Below are positions 9,362 to 18,889 of a DNA stretch of 64,000 bases, piece by piece; the stretch's first letter is position 1; every line of letters begins with the position of its first letter. The notes beneath the pieces were generated by a model. That model did no database searches. It worked only from the letters and a program-made list of their open reading frames with translations, and was not told where the DNA came from. The position numbers and the translations under genes are program-made. The DNA is from an uncultured virus (IMG/VR IMGVR_UViG_3300030333_003802) (lineage: Duplodnaviria > Heunggongvirae > Uroviricota > Caudoviricetes), in IMG/VR virus record IMGVR_UViG_3300030333_003802, positions 1 through 64,000 of that record, one strand, 5' to 3'.

Positions 9362-10120
9362 TTATTTCTTAGCTAAACGACCAAAACTTCCTGCTTGAAC
9401 TATTCTATCCCAAGCCTGGTCTCTTTCAGACTTCTGAGGCTGGTCGCCTCCCTGAAGAACACCTGCTGGTTTGGGAACTGATTTAGCGGCTTGTACAGCT
9501 TTTCTGTTTTCATTTGGTTTTGTACTTACTCCTCTGCTTTCTTTCCAAACATTTATTAATGTTTCTATAGGAAGGTTAGCTTTTGGCGTAGTTGCAAAAT
9601 TTAAAAACTCTTGAGCTTCACTTTTTGACATATCGTGGTCAGCAACTAATTCGTTTTGTAAATTGTTCATAGCCATTTCATTTTGCAGTTTAGCTAATTC
9701 GTTATCTACTGTTTCGTGTACAAGCCTTTTTTCTTGACTTACTCTAAATTTGTAAGATTCAGATTCTGGCTTGTAATAAGCATCCCAAGGGTCAAAGGTT
9801 TCTGGAACTTCCATATTACCTTCTGAACTAGATTTTCCTGCAAGGTTCTCTTCTATCATATCAACTATTTCAGGTTTTTGATTTAACACATCTCTTAATT
9901 GCATCAAGTCTTGAGACTGTTGCGATAATGTATCGTGCTCTACAACCTTTTTGTCATACATAGATTGAAACTTTTTAGCTTCCGCTTCCCAATCAACTGC
10001 CACCTCAGATGGTTCTACACCTTCTGGTTCGTTAGCTTCCGCTGAAATAGTTTCCTCTGTTCCAGTTGATGCTACTATTGGGTCTTGTTCTACAACCTGT
10101 TCTTGTTCTTTGTTTGCCAT
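9362..10120 (-). CDS. Scaffolding protein A
   Basis: Acidic N-terminus, helical, between portal and capsid. Confidence 0.7.
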   Translation of the reverse strand: MANKEQEQVVEQDPIVASTGTEETISAEANEPEGVEPSEVAVDWEAEAKKFQSMYDKKVVEHDTLSQQSQDLMQLRDVLNQKPEIVDMIEENLAGKSSSEGNMEVPETFDPWDAYYKPESESYKFRVSQEKRLVHETVDNELAKLQNEMAMNNLQNELVADHDMSKSEAQEFLNFATTPKANLPIETLINVWKESRGVSTKPNENRKAVQAAKSVPKPAGVLQGGDQPQKSERDQAWDRIVQAGSFGRLAKK

Positions 10121-10146
10121 TGTTTTCTCCTTCCGCGATTTAGTTA

Positions 10147-12156
10147 TTACTCGGAACCGCGTTTTTCTTTTTCTTTGTTTTCTTTATCTAACGAATCAGA
10201 CATTTGGTCTACCATATTTTCTAGTGCCATTACCTTTTCTTTTTCTTTAACTTTAGTAGAAGAAATTACATCGTTAAGTCGAGTTTTAAATTTCTCAACT
10301 TCAGTTCTCTTACGAGCACTGACTGATTCTCTTTCAGCTGTTTGTAAGTCTCCACCAAGTTTCTTTACTTGATTTTCAAGCTGTGCAATGTACTGTTGCA
10401 TTTGTGCCATTTGTCCTTTTCGTTGAAGAACACCTTCTTTGTCGAAGATTTCGCTTTTCTTCAAAACCTCAACATCATCTACCAGACCTAACTTGTAAGC
10501 GTCAAGGTACATATTATATTCTGCCACCTTATTGCTTGGTAATGTTGAACCTGATATTATTCTAACGTCGTGTTGACCTATTGACAAATCATTATCAATA
10601 GAAACAATTTCGTTGGTTTTATCATCATACAATCTCATATTAACTGTAAATTCAGTTAAATCGTTATTTGGTTGTACAATTCTAAAAGTTTTTTGGAATT
10701 TATAATGCTCTTTAGCTAAGTTATATATTACCTGCCCTACTTGCGCAAGAGAAGATTCAATGTCTCTTAACTTAGATTTTCCTCTAGACTCTCCCATTTC
10801 AGATAAAAGCATTGTTCCTCTTACTGACTCTGGAGCCTGGTCTTTAAATCCCTGTAATAATTCTGGAATACCAAAATTTAAATCTATATATTTTTCCACT
10901 CTATCTATTAAATAATAAAACTCGCTTGTTAAAGGAGCTGGCTGTGGAAAATGCGGGTCACCAAATTCTGGGTTATATTCAATAACCGCATTTGGATTTG
11001 CCCAATCTTTTTCTAACTGACTAACACTGTCAACACTTCCCTCAGGAACTAATAATTTTAATCCTGCTGCAGATTGAGCGTGTGACAAGGTCAAAGAGAA
11101 TAACTTATTTAAAAGTCTTTGAGAGTCTTTAACCTTGTTCACATCTGACTTTGGATAGGGAGTGTTTGTCCAAATGTTTGCGAAAGGAACAATTGGATAT
11201 ATATCAGTATTAAGAACACGCTCAAATAATAAAGTATCACCAATGCTAGAACATTGCATAATTCTTGTTTGTAAAACTTCCTCTACCTCTATAGCTCCGC
11301 TTTCTATAGCTTGAATGTTTTGCTCTTCTTGTATAACGTTAGCATAAATTTCAGCATTAATAATTTTTTCCGTTCCTTGAACAGTGTTAAATAGTCTGTA
11401 ATAAGGAACTTTTGTTTTGTAAAATCTGTCTAATATTTGATATTTTTTATGTTCGTTATAATCTAAATCTTTAGCTTCTGCTGGAGTATATATATTTTGA
11501 GAATTTTTTACTGAAGCAGTAGGATAGTCTTCTCCATATAAAGAATTGTCTCCTACAGCAATATCGTCAATAACATCTTCAAGCTCTGGATATAAATCTA
11601 AAACCTGATTTTTTGTTAAAAAGGTTGAAAGAATTATTCCAGAAGCATCTGTAAAAAATCTATCTCTGGAAGCAGGGTCTACATAAACACGAAAAGGGTC
11701 TACGTTTATATATTTTATTTCTCCTCTTCCAAAATCAGCTTCTGGGTCCATATAAACATACATATACCCTAAGCCTGTAGTAGCATAATCGTGAACAGTT
11801 TGTTTAAAAACAACATCTCCTTTTGAAATATCCCAAACATATTCTAATATAGTCTTCCAAACATTTGAAAGTTTATTATCAGAGTCTTCTCTTCCAATAG
11901 CAGTAAACCTTGCAGGCTGTGCTGTTAAAAGAGATTTAAGTTTATCTACTGCTGCATATATTCTATCTATAACAAAATCAGCTTGCCCAACTGATTGTAA
12001 CGCACTAGATTCATCTGATGTATAATGATTTCCTAAAACAAAATCTACCGCGTTTCTAGCTTCAGCGTCCCATCCTTGTCTTGCGTCGCTCCATCTTCTA
12101 AAAAGTTCTTTAGATATCTGCGGTTTTGATTTGTTGTTATCGTCGTAATTTGCCAT
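10147..12156 (-). CDS. Portal protein A (P22-like)
   Basis: DFVLGNHY, VDPFRVYVDP, YPIVPF, QRLLNK motifs; C-terminal coiled coil; follows TerL. Confidence 0.88.
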   Translation of the reverse strand: MANYDDNNKSKPQISKELFRRWSDARQGWDAEARNAVDFVLGNHYTSDESSALQSVGQADFVIDRIYAAVDKLKSLLTAQPARFTAIGREDSDNKLSNVWKTILEYVWDISKGDVVFKQTVHDYATTGLGYMYVYMDPEADFGRGEIKYINVDPFRVYVDPASRDRFFTDASGIILSTFLTKNQVLDLYPELEDVIDDIAVGDNSLYGEDYPTASVKNSQNIYTPAEAKDLDYNEHKKYQILDRFYKTKVPYYRLFNTVQGTEKIINAEIYANVIQEEQNIQAIESGAIEVEEVLQTRIMQCSSIGDTLLFERVLNTDIYPIVPFANIWTNTPYPKSDVNKVKDSQRLLNKLFSLTLSHAQSAAGLKLLVPEGSVDSVSQLEKDWANPNAVIEYNPEFGDPHFPQPAPLTSEFYYLIDRVEKYIDLNFGIPELLQGFKDQAPESVRGTMLLSEMGESRGKSKLRDIESSLAQVGQVIYNLAKEHYKFQKTFRIVQPNNDLTEFTVNMRLYDDKTNEIVSIDNDLSIGQHDVRIISGSTLPSNKVAEYNMYLDAYKLGLVDDVEVLKKSEIFDKEGVLQRKGQMAQMQQYIAQLENQVKKLGGDLQTAERESVSARKRTEVEKFKTRLNDVISSTKVKEKEKVMALENMVDQMSDSLDKENKEKEKRGSE

Positions 12157-12183
12157 ATACTCCCATTGTGATATTTTAAGACA

Positions 12184-12213
12184 AAACTACTAATTTTTCC
12201 CTATTGTTGTCAA
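12184..12213 (-). promoter_or_regulatory. Sigma70-like promoter upstream of portal A
   Basis: TTGACA-N18-TAGTTT. Confidence 0.5.
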
Positions 12214-12221
12214 GATAAAAA

Positions 12222-13811
12222 TTAAGTTTTTTGCCCTGTGACCCAACTAATAGCTTGAGACGCAAAGCTGTCTTGTTTTTTACTTATTCTTTCTTCCAGA
12301 GATTCTCGTTCTATAGCAGAGCTTCTAGGAGGTTTTGCAGTTGTTACAGAATACCATAAACCATCTAGTAAGTCGTCGTTTCTACCTTTTGGAAATTCAA
12401 ACATTTCATCTACAAGATTCTCGTGTTCTTTCTTAATATATAATTTTCTTTGATTTACTATAGGACATAACAGTGCTTCTATCCTATCTTCTTTTTTAAT
12501 CCCACCAGGAGGTCTTACTCCTAAAGCCAAACCAGGAGCCATTTTTCTATCTCTTCCTATTAATTTATTAACATAGTCTTTTACAATTCCTTGAGCTCCT
12601 ACCTTTTCTATATTAACTCTTCTAACTGGTTGATATTTTTTAGCATATTCAAATATTCTTTGAGGCATATCATATAAAGCAGAGTGTTCTCTATAATATT
12701 CTAAGACATAAATATTTCTTTCACTGTCAATTCCTATAACCATTATTACCTGGAAATCGCTTTTCTCGTTAGCTTCATATGCTAAATCTACTCCGATGTA
12801 AATATTTATAGGTATTGCAGATTCATCAATCATTAAATAATTAAAACCATCTCTAGATTCTACGTGACCTCTATAGTAGTTTAATCTATTAATTTTAAAT
12901 TTAGCAGTTTCTAAGTCCCTTGCTTCATTTAAATATTCTTGAGCAAATTTATGAACAAGACCCATATCACTAAATCTAGCTCTAATTTCCTCTAATTTTT
13001 TCTTGCTAAAATAGTTTGGCCAAAGAGGAACTCCGTCTACAATAGCTTTTTTATACATAACAGCCCAAGGAGATTGTCTTCCTTCTTTTTCAGCTGAAAC
13101 CCATCCATCATATACTCCTTGTAAAAAAGAGTCATAATGAACTATAGTTCCAATTAACCAAATAGAACCTTCTTGGTCTTTTGAGTTTTCTAAAGCTGGC
13201 TCTACTGTAGACATTACCCATTCTTTAATTTCTCTTCTTCTTTCTGGCGTTTTTGTATTTAGCTCAGATTCAAAGTCATCAAGAATAATATTTGTATATC
13301 TTAGTCCTAATTGTGAACGACCACGAAGCCTTTGAGATGTACCTTTTGCAATTACCCTATCTCCTCTTGCTGTTGTAAATTCTTTTTCAGTCCATTTAGT
13401 ACCTTTTAAATCTCCAAAGTAATAATTTAAAGCAGGGTTTATGTCAATATGGTTTTGAATATATTTGATGTGGTCAATAGCTTGAGACTGTTCTTCTGAT
13501 ACCCAAGCAATAAATTCTTTTTTATCAGGAGGATTAAAATACAGTTTATATAACAGTGCTGTTTTAGCTAATGTAGATTTTGCGTGACCACGAGGTAATA
13601 TAATACAAGCCCTTTTTTCATCACCTAACAGCAAATCGCTTAACTCATACTGATAGGGAGCTGGGCTAGATTTCATAAAATCTTCAGGTAAAAACATTTG
13701 CCCAAAAGTTATTATGTCTTTTTTGGCAAGTTCTAATGCTCTCTCTTTTTGAGAAAGGTCTGGAGGAATTATATTAAATTTCTCTGGCTTCTTCTTTGAA
13801 TTCTTTTTCAT
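12222..13811 (-). CDS. terL: Terminase large subunit A
   Basis: Walker A PRGHAKST, Walker B IILDDFE, IGT coupling motif, nuclease GVDLA..SD..NDDLLDGL. Confidence 0.92.
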   Translation of the reverse strand: MKKNSKKKPEKFNIIPPDLSQKERALELAKKDIITFGQMFLPEDFMKSSPAPYQYELSDLLLGDEKRACIILPRGHAKSTLAKTALLYKLYFNPPDKKEFIAWVSEEQSQAIDHIKYIQNHIDINPALNYYFGDLKGTKWTEKEFTTARGDRVIAKGTSQRLRGRSQLGLRYTNIILDDFESELNTKTPERRREIKEWVMSTVEPALENSKDQEGSIWLIGTIVHYDSFLQGVYDGWVSAEKEGRQSPWAVMYKKAIVDGVPLWPNYFSKKKLEEIRARFSDMGLVHKFAQEYLNEARDLETAKFKINRLNYYRGHVESRDGFNYLMIDESAIPINIYIGVDLAYEANEKSDFQVIMVIGIDSERNIYVLEYYREHSALYDMPQRIFEYAKKYQPVRRVNIEKVGAQGIVKDYVNKLIGRDRKMAPGLALGVRPPGGIKKEDRIEALLCPIVNQRKLYIKKEHENLVDEMFEFPKGRNDDLLDGLWYSVTTAKPPRSSAIERESLEERISKKQDSFASQAISWVTGQKT

Positions 13812-14181
13812 ATTCTCTGTCCAACATAATTAGTGTTTTTCTAGATAACCAGTTTCCGTCTGGAACTTCTGTAAAAGAATTAGCGCTTTGCCATAATTGA
13901 GGTCCTGCTACATAAACCCAGCATTTTTCTTTAGAATCGTCTGGAAGGTAAACATCTACAGTTGTTCTTATATATAAACCTCCATCGACATTTTCATACA
14001 AATCGTATTCAACTAAATCTTGTTCATCGACATCAACGAGCTCAACAACAGCTCCTTTTCCTTTTGGGTTTTTTATTAAAGCAGGAAAAGACTGTGTTCC
14101 AGGAAAAACTAAGCTAAACCCTTCAACTTTTCCTACTTCAGTTCTTCCTCTTCTAAGAGTACCATATACAGCTAATCGCAT
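13774..14181 (-). CDS. Gamma-glutamylcyclotransferase (AIG2/GGCT-like)
   Basis: N-terminal AVYGTLRRG, DLYE..GLYIR, CWVY. Confidence 0.85.
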   Translation of the reverse strand: MRLAVYGTLRRGRTEVGKVEGFSLVFPGTQSFPALIKNPKGKGAVVELVDVDEQDLVEYDLYENVDGGLYIRTTVDVYLPDDSKEKCWVYVAGPQLWQSANSFTEVPDGNWLSRKTLIMLDREYEKEFKEEAREI

Positions 14182-14408
14182 TATGCATATCCTACTTCCC
14201 TAGGTATTCCCATTTCTATAATACCAAAATCTATAGAATAAATTGTTAAGCAATTAAAACATTTTATTCCAGAACAGTCTTTTTTATGTTTTGACCACAT
14301 ATATACACCTGTTTTTCTTAGGTGACTGTGGCATATATGACATCTTTTATTTTTCGCTATCTCTTTTAACTTCAGCCAATTTTTTGACTTCGGGCTCTTG
14401 AATTGCAT
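14181..14408 (-). CDS. Small Zn-finger protein
   Basis: CHIC...CFNC. Confidence 0.5.
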   Translation of the reverse strand: MQFKSPKSKNWLKLKEIAKNKRCHICHSHLRKTGVYMWSKHKKDCSGIKCFNCLTIYSIDFGIIEMGIPREVGYA

Positions 14409-15108
14409 TTAATTGCTCCTTTGTGAATCCCTGGAATAAAGTAACAGACTCTGTCTTCTTTTCAGTGTCCATCATTCCAGATACTTTCATTAATGTATTT
14501 AACGCAGAAAGCTTATCTCTATCACTAGACTCTTTTTTGTCAATAATATTTCTCATTTCTTCTAAAAGATACCTAGGGGTAATTTCAGCTTCTGATAAAT
14601 GTTTATCTATTTCTTCTCTAATCAAACTTCTCATCCTTTCCGTTTTCAATAATAGTTTAGATTCTCTTTCTGCGTATTTTTCATTATTACTAGGAAATGC
14701 TTTCATATAAGCTTCTACTACTTCATCTCCTTTAGCAACATATTTAGCAAAAAGAAATTCAGAATTAGTTGCATTCTTTCTTTCTTTTCTTCTAACCGAC
14801 GGAGATTTACCATCTTTAGAAAATGTATGCATATTAGTTCTCATAGGCCCTTCTAATTTAACATTAGGAGAACATACAAAAGAACCTATTATTGTTCTTA
14901 TAAATGTAGTTTCTTTTTTTCTGTCTGATTTTTTCATTACGCCAAGATGTAAAACTTGACAAACTCTTTCATCATCAGTTAAAATCCAATCATTCTTGTT
15001 TGAATGTCGCCAATTTTCAACCAAACTAACATCAGGGTGGCTATCTCGAAATTCAGCGACATCATCAAACAAATAATGTTTAACTCCATTTACTAAACGG
15101 GTTTCCAT
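14347..15108 (-). CDS. terS: Probable terminase small subunit with N-terminal extension
   Basis: FAKYV..VEAYMKAF..LLKTERMRSLI..DKLSALNTLMKVSGM resembles the TerS HTH/oligomerisation pattern; upstream of TerL. Confidence 0.6.
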   Translation of the reverse strand: METRLVNGVKHYLFDDVAEFRDSHPDVSLVENWRHSNKNDWILTDDERVCQVLHLGVMKKSDRKKETTFIRTIIGSFVCSPNVKLEGPMRTNMHTFSKDGKSPSVRRKERKNATNSEFLFAKYVAKGDEVVEAYMKAFPSNNEKYAERESKLLLKTERMRSLIREEIDKHLSEAEITPRYLLEEMRNIIDKKESSDRDKLSALNTLMKVSGMMDTEKKTESVTLFQGFTKEQLNAIQEPEVKKLAEVKRDSEK

Positions 15109-15116
15109 TAATTTAC

Positions 15117-15380
15117 TTATTTTTCCTCTTTTTCGTCAAGGCTTTTCTTAACATCAAGCTCTCCTACAACAAAAGCAATGTACTTATTTAAAAGCCATCT
15201 TTGTTCAGATACTTGTTGTTCAGCTCTCATCATTGAAGCGGCTATTTCATTAGCCCTCGCATAATTAGCTCTTGCATCAGGACTAAGAGACTCAAGTTCA
15301 AAGCTATATTCTTTTCCATCATAGTTAAGCATAACTTTGTTATCTTTATTCTCTGCTACTTTCTTTTTTGCCATTTTCAC
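15117..15380 (-). CDS. Hypothetical protein
   Basis: ORF with RBS; YDGKEY..LSPDARA motif. Confidence 0.55.
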   Translation of the reverse strand: MKMAKKKVAENKDNKVMLNYDGKEYSFELESLSPDARANYARANEIAASMMRAEQQVSEQRWLLNKYIAFVVGELDVKKSLDEKEEK

Positions 15381-15386
15381 TCCTCA

Positions 15387-16118
15387 TTATAACGGGTTAA
15401 CTGTAGGTGGAGCATAATACTCCAACTTTCTATGTAAGTCTTCTAATATCTCAACGTCCGCAATATTGTGGTCGTATACATATTTTAATGATTTTTTATC
15501 GCCCCAACGCGCTTTTTGCCAATACTCTGGTTTGATTCTGGTTTTACCATCTATACCAAAGAACTCTGTTGCGGCTTGTAAAGAAGACCTATGTAACTTT
15601 AATTTAGATTTTACCACATAGTAAAGGTCTTTATGAGCTTTTTGTTTGTACATAGGAAAATCAATTCCGTGATACATAGCTCGTGTTCTAATAAAAGGAA
15701 CATCAAATCTAGTTCCGTAATAAGTAAATATAACATCATATTTATTTATTTCTTCAACTAATGATTTAACGATTCTTTTATCTTGCTTGTTAGACATAAT
15801 CTCTTCTCTTTTGATAACATCTCCAGCAACCTTCTTAACACCTCTACCTTTTATACACCAAGACAACATTAAGTCAATATTAGCACTGAATCCTGTAGAT
15901 TCAATATCTAAATAGCCAATACTAATTTCGTGCCCTTTGGTATATCTTACTGGTTTTCTAAATCCTAACGATTCTATTTTTCTAGTCACAGCCTTATATG
16001 TTCTATCAAATCCAGCAATTTGCAGTTCTTGATATAACATAAAAGCTGATTTAGCAGTTTTCTCATATTGATGTAATATGATTATTTCTTCGTCAGTCCA
16101 AAGTTTTGATTTTGCCAT
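15387..16118 (-). CDS. RNase H-fold (DnaQ/PolB-type) 3'-5' exonuclease with N-terminal HTH-like segment
   Basis: ExoI YLDIESTG, ExoII YYGTRFDVPFI, ExoIII HNIADVEIL. Confidence 0.85.
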   Translation of the reverse strand: MAKSKLWTDEEIIILHQYEKTAKSAFMLYQELQIAGFDRTYKAVTRKIESLGFRKPVRYTKGHEISIGYLDIESTGFSANIDLMLSWCIKGRGVKKVAGDVIKREEIMSNKQDKRIVKSLVEEINKYDVIFTYYGTRFDVPFIRTRAMYHGIDFPMYKQKAHKDLYYVVKSKLKLHRSSLQAATEFFGIDGKTRIKPEYWQKARWGDKKSLKYVYDHNIADVEILEDLHRKLEYYAPPTVNPL

Positions 16119-16121
16119 TTT

Positions 16122-16217
16122 TTATTTCCATCCCTTTGAAAAGAATTTTTTCCAACCTCTAGCTACTCTTTCCCAAAAGTTTAGATTCTTTTTAGATTTT
16201 GCTTTCTTTTTTGCCAT
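16122..16217 (-). CDS. 31-aa cationic amphipathic peptide (not in ORF track)
   Basis: MAKKKAKSKKESNFWERVARGWKKFFSKGWK; ATG overlaps upstream stop. Confidence 0.6.
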   Translation of the reverse strand: MAKKKAKSKKNLNFWERVARGWKKFFSKGWK

Positions 16218-16831
16218 TATTTACCCCATTTCTGGTTTTTGACTATTAACGCCATCGCTGCATATATAGCAGTATCTAAAAACGCATCTTCGATTGGTTC
16301 GTTCTGTGCTTCGAAGTTATGTTTCGTTGAAAGGTTAACTAGTCTGTTTATCTTATCATTTAGCCTTACTATAATACCTAGCAAAGCTACATTGATTTCT
16401 TCTTCGTTTTTAAGCGAAGTTCCCATAGCAATGTTGCCTGGGCCGTAATCAAATTGTTTTCTGCAAAATGTTAAATACATATCGTTTAACACTCTTTGAA
16501 GGTTTTCTTCTGTTTCTGGGTAGTTTTCTTTAATATAAGCTACCGTATCTTCAGCTGTAGATGTTTTTTGAGGCATATTTTGTCCAACATCATCTATTAC
16601 TTCTGTGGAACCTTCTGCAACTTCTCTTAATATCCTATTATCATCTGCCTTACTTTCGCATTCATATGGATATTCTTCTGTTTCTGAAGAGTCGTTTAAA
16701 GAACCTTCTATCTTCTTAAATGTTTTATTTATCTCTTTTTTATACTTATCCATACCTTGTTGTAGTTTTTGTACTATCTCTTTACTTCCTGCTTGTTTTG
16801 CTTTTAAGATTTTTTCTGTATTTTTTCCCAT
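16217..16831 (-). CDS. DUF1599 / nucleotide-modification-associated (MazG-like helical) domain protein
   Basis: KQFDYG..RLNDKINRL..NEPIEDAFLDTAIYA. Confidence 0.75.
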   Translation of the reverse strand: MGKNTEKILKAKQAGSKEIVQKLQQGMDKYKKEINKTFKKIEGSLNDSSETEEYPYECESKADDNRILREVAEGSTEVIDDVGQNMPQKTSTAEDTVAYIKENYPETEENLQRVLNDMYLTFCRKQFDYGPGNIAMGTSLKNEEEINVALLGIIVRLNDKINRLVNLSTKHNFEAQNEPIEDAFLDTAIYAAMALIVKNQKWGK

Positions 16832-17118
16832 ATATACTCTCCTATCCCTAATTGAAATAATCCATTTGATATTGCATCAATATATTGCTCATCGTGCTTT
16901 AATCCGCAATTAAAGTAGATTGCGTGTAATATTTCGTGTATTAGTGTTTCTTGTTGTCTTGATTCGTGAATATCCTTATTTATATATATAACGTTCTCCT
17001 TAACCTCGTGTCTACCATATAACTCCCTTGTAGGGTCATTGTCAGTTAATTCTGTAGGAACAATTGTATATATATGTCCACCTATGTTGATTTGCCACTT
17101 ATTTAGCTTTTTTCCCAT
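16804..17118 (-). CDS. HExxH zinc metallopeptidase-like protein
   Basis: IYIN..QETLIHEILHAI. Confidence 0.7.
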   Translation of the reverse strand: MGKKLNKWQINIGGHIYTIVPTELTDNDPTRELYGRHEVKENVIYINKDIHESRQQETLIHEILHAIYFNCGLKHDEQYIDAISNGLFQLGIGEYIWEKIQKKS

Positions 17119-17287
17119 TTTTCTTTTTCTCCCTATCCTTTTTTTTATCAATTGGGTCTCCCGTGTAAGAATCTACCTCTTCCTCTTCTTCGAAAAAATT
17201 TTCATACATAAACTCGTCTGACATTATGCGGAAACTTTCTTCTATAAGACGTTCTATTTCTGCGGTTTTATCTTTTTTCTTTCCCAT
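17099..17287 (-). CDS. First gene of leftward operon, charged hypothetical protein
   Basis: ATG 9 nt downstream of a -10 box, no RBS (near-leaderless). Confidence 0.5.
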   Translation of the reverse strand: MGKKKDKTAEIERLIEESFRIMSDEFMYENFFEEEEEVDSYTGDPIDKKKDREKKKNGKKAK

Positions 17288-17296
17288 TGTGTATCA

Positions 17297-17326
17297 ATTT
17301 TAACAAATAACTACTACACAAGTCAA
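17297..17326 (-). promoter_or_regulatory. Promoter of the leftward late operon
   Basis: TTGACT-N18-TAAAAT with TGn extension. Confidence 0.65.
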
Positions 17327-17380
17327 GACAATAATAAAAAAATTTTACGACATAGTAATTTAATAATAATAAAATAGTTC

Positions 17381-17410
17381 TTGACAGCAATAAAAATAAT
17401 TGTTTATAAT
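17381..17410 (+). promoter_or_regulatory. Consensus sigma70 promoter firing into a non-coding region
   Basis: TTGACA-N18-TATAAT. Confidence 0.65.
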
Positions 17411-17774
17411 TATAATACTCGGTGCTCGTTAATATAAGCTTAATTGATACTTATTTTAAAAGAATACTCAATACTCTAGAGTACGCGATACTTTTCCCGA
17501 AAATTTTCCAAAAAAATAAAAAAAATAGTCAACAAAAAAAATAATATATCAGAGTATTCCCGCGATTTTTCCCAAAAATATTGAAAAAAACAGCCATTCT
17601 CAAAAAATTGCCGTAGTTTGTGTGTGGTTCTTATCACATCAAAGGGGTCGGGTCTTTTTCCTTGTTGGAAATTTGAAAAAAGGTTGAAAATCTCGTTTTC
17701 CTATTAGAAATGTTATAATTGAAGCCCTCTATGTCTAACAATATCAACACTTACAATTTATTTAATAATATCCC

Positions 17775-17803
17775 TTGACACAAACCTATATATTCACTAG
17801 ACT
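17775..17803 (+). promoter_or_regulatory. Early promoter
   Basis: TTGACA-N17-TAGACT, then TTATTTGACAA and AGGAG. Confidence 0.65.
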
Positions 17804-17838
17804 TAGGTGTTATTTGACAAATGGAAAGGAGATGCACT

Positions 17839-18027
17839 ATGACTAGTGAACTAGTATATGAGCAAAGCCGTCTACAAGCCAGGATAATGGAATTATATTG
17901 TCCTTGGTTTGGAACCTTCACGACAAATCCTGCGGACACGAAAGAGAAAGCAGGGTATTGGGCACAAGTGAGGATGATGACTATGGATGAGCTCATCGCA
18001 CTACTACCTGCTGATGAACAGCGGTAG
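17839..18027 (+). CDS. Early hypothetical protein
   Basis: AAAGGAG RBS before MTSELV. Confidence 0.65.
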   Translation: MTSELVYEQSRLQARIMELYCPWFGTFTTNPADTKEKAGYWAQVRMMTMDELIALLPADEQR

Positions 18028-18036
18028 CATACTAAC

Positions 18037-18058
18037 GGCGGGGCCTTCGGGCCCTGCC
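18037..18058 (+). other. GC-rich C(UUCG)G hairpin without U-tract
   Basis: GGCGGGGCC-TTCG-GGCCCTGCC. Confidence 0.7.
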
Positions 18059-18077
18059 ACTAATGAAAGGAAATACA

Positions 18078-18404
18078 ATGCAATTAAATACAATAGAAAT
18101 ACTATTCATAATGATGTGTTGTGGATTGTTTGCTTACTTTATAGGATATGTGTTAGGAACACTATCACATCTTAAAATGAAAATAAGTGAATTAGAAGAC
18201 TACAATTCCTTCACTTGGGGAAGCGAACATCGCAATGATATGTATTTTGATATAGTGAAAACTGAATCAGAACTTAAAGAAGATGGTGTGCAATGGTATT
18301 ATTTTAACAGTGATGGCGTTTGCATAGCAGAGGAATTTAAGAAGAAGGAACCTGGTATCAGATTGACACATTTCTCTAACGATGGTTGTCGCCACTATAA
18401 GTAA
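18078..18404 (+). CDS. Early protein with N-terminal TM segment
   Basis: ILFIMMCCGLFAYFIGYVLG; RBS. Confidence 0.65.
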   Translation: MQLNTIEILFIMMCCGLFAYFIGYVLGTLSHLKMKISELEDYNSFTWGSEHRNDMYFDIVKTESELKEDGVQWYYFNSDGVCIAEEFKKKEPGIRLTHFSNDGCRHYK

Positions 18405-18419
18405 TTACCCTACCTCACA

Positions 18420-18457
18420 AAGCCCTGGGACCCGTAATCCTGGGGCTTTTCTTTTTA
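18420..18457 (+). terminator. Intrinsic terminator
   Basis: AGCCCTGGGA..TCCTGGGGCT followed by T-tract. Confidence 0.75.
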
Positions 18458-18538
18458 TTATAAAAAATATTTTATGTGTGCTAGATTAAACAATGGCGCA
18501 TTTTTTTTCGCCTCCAATATATTTATTTTATTATTTTC

Positions 18539-18567
18539 TTGCATAATTCGTTTTTATAGTGTAAGTT
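18539..18567 (+). promoter_or_regulatory. Early promoter
   Basis: TTGCAT-N17-TAAGTT, then TTATTTGACAA and AGGAGG. Confidence 0.6.
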
Positions 18568-18604
18568 ATAGTATTATTTGACAATTAGAAAGGAGGTGAT
18601 TACA

Positions 18605-18841
18605 ATGAAACCTGAAACTCTAGACCTTTTAAAAAAGGTTGTGTGTTTACTTGAGAATGGTGTAAAATCGCATAATTTGTATGCGGTATTACGAGAGTTT
18701 GGAATTACAAAAAACCATATAAATTGGCAGTTTGATTATTTCTTACAAAGACTGGATTTATTTTGGGATGATGATTTCAACGAGGATGACCTAGAAAATG
18801 ATTGGATGTCCTTTAACAATCTCAAGAAAAAGGAGAAGTAA
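18605..18841 (+). CDS. Early hypothetical protein with acidic C-terminal half
   Basis: AAAGGAGGTGAT RBS before MKPETL. Confidence 0.65.
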   Translation: MKPETLDLLKKVVCLLENGVKSHNLYAVLREFGITKNHINWQFDYFLQRLDLFWDDDFNEDDLENDWMSFNNLKKKEK

Positions 18842-18847
18842 TACACT

Positions 18848-18889
18848 GGGCCCCTGGGAACTAACCTGGGGGCTCTCTCTTTTTTTTTA
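18848..18889 (+). terminator. Intrinsic terminator related in sequence to the 18420 terminator
   Basis: GGGCCCCTGGG..CCTGGGGGCTC followed by T-tract. Confidence 0.7.

Noticed and set aside
15110..15139. TTGACG-N18-TAAATT as the TerS promoter
   Set aside because: The -10 box lies 1 nt from the ATG, so it could not transcribe the full gene; not listed as a feature
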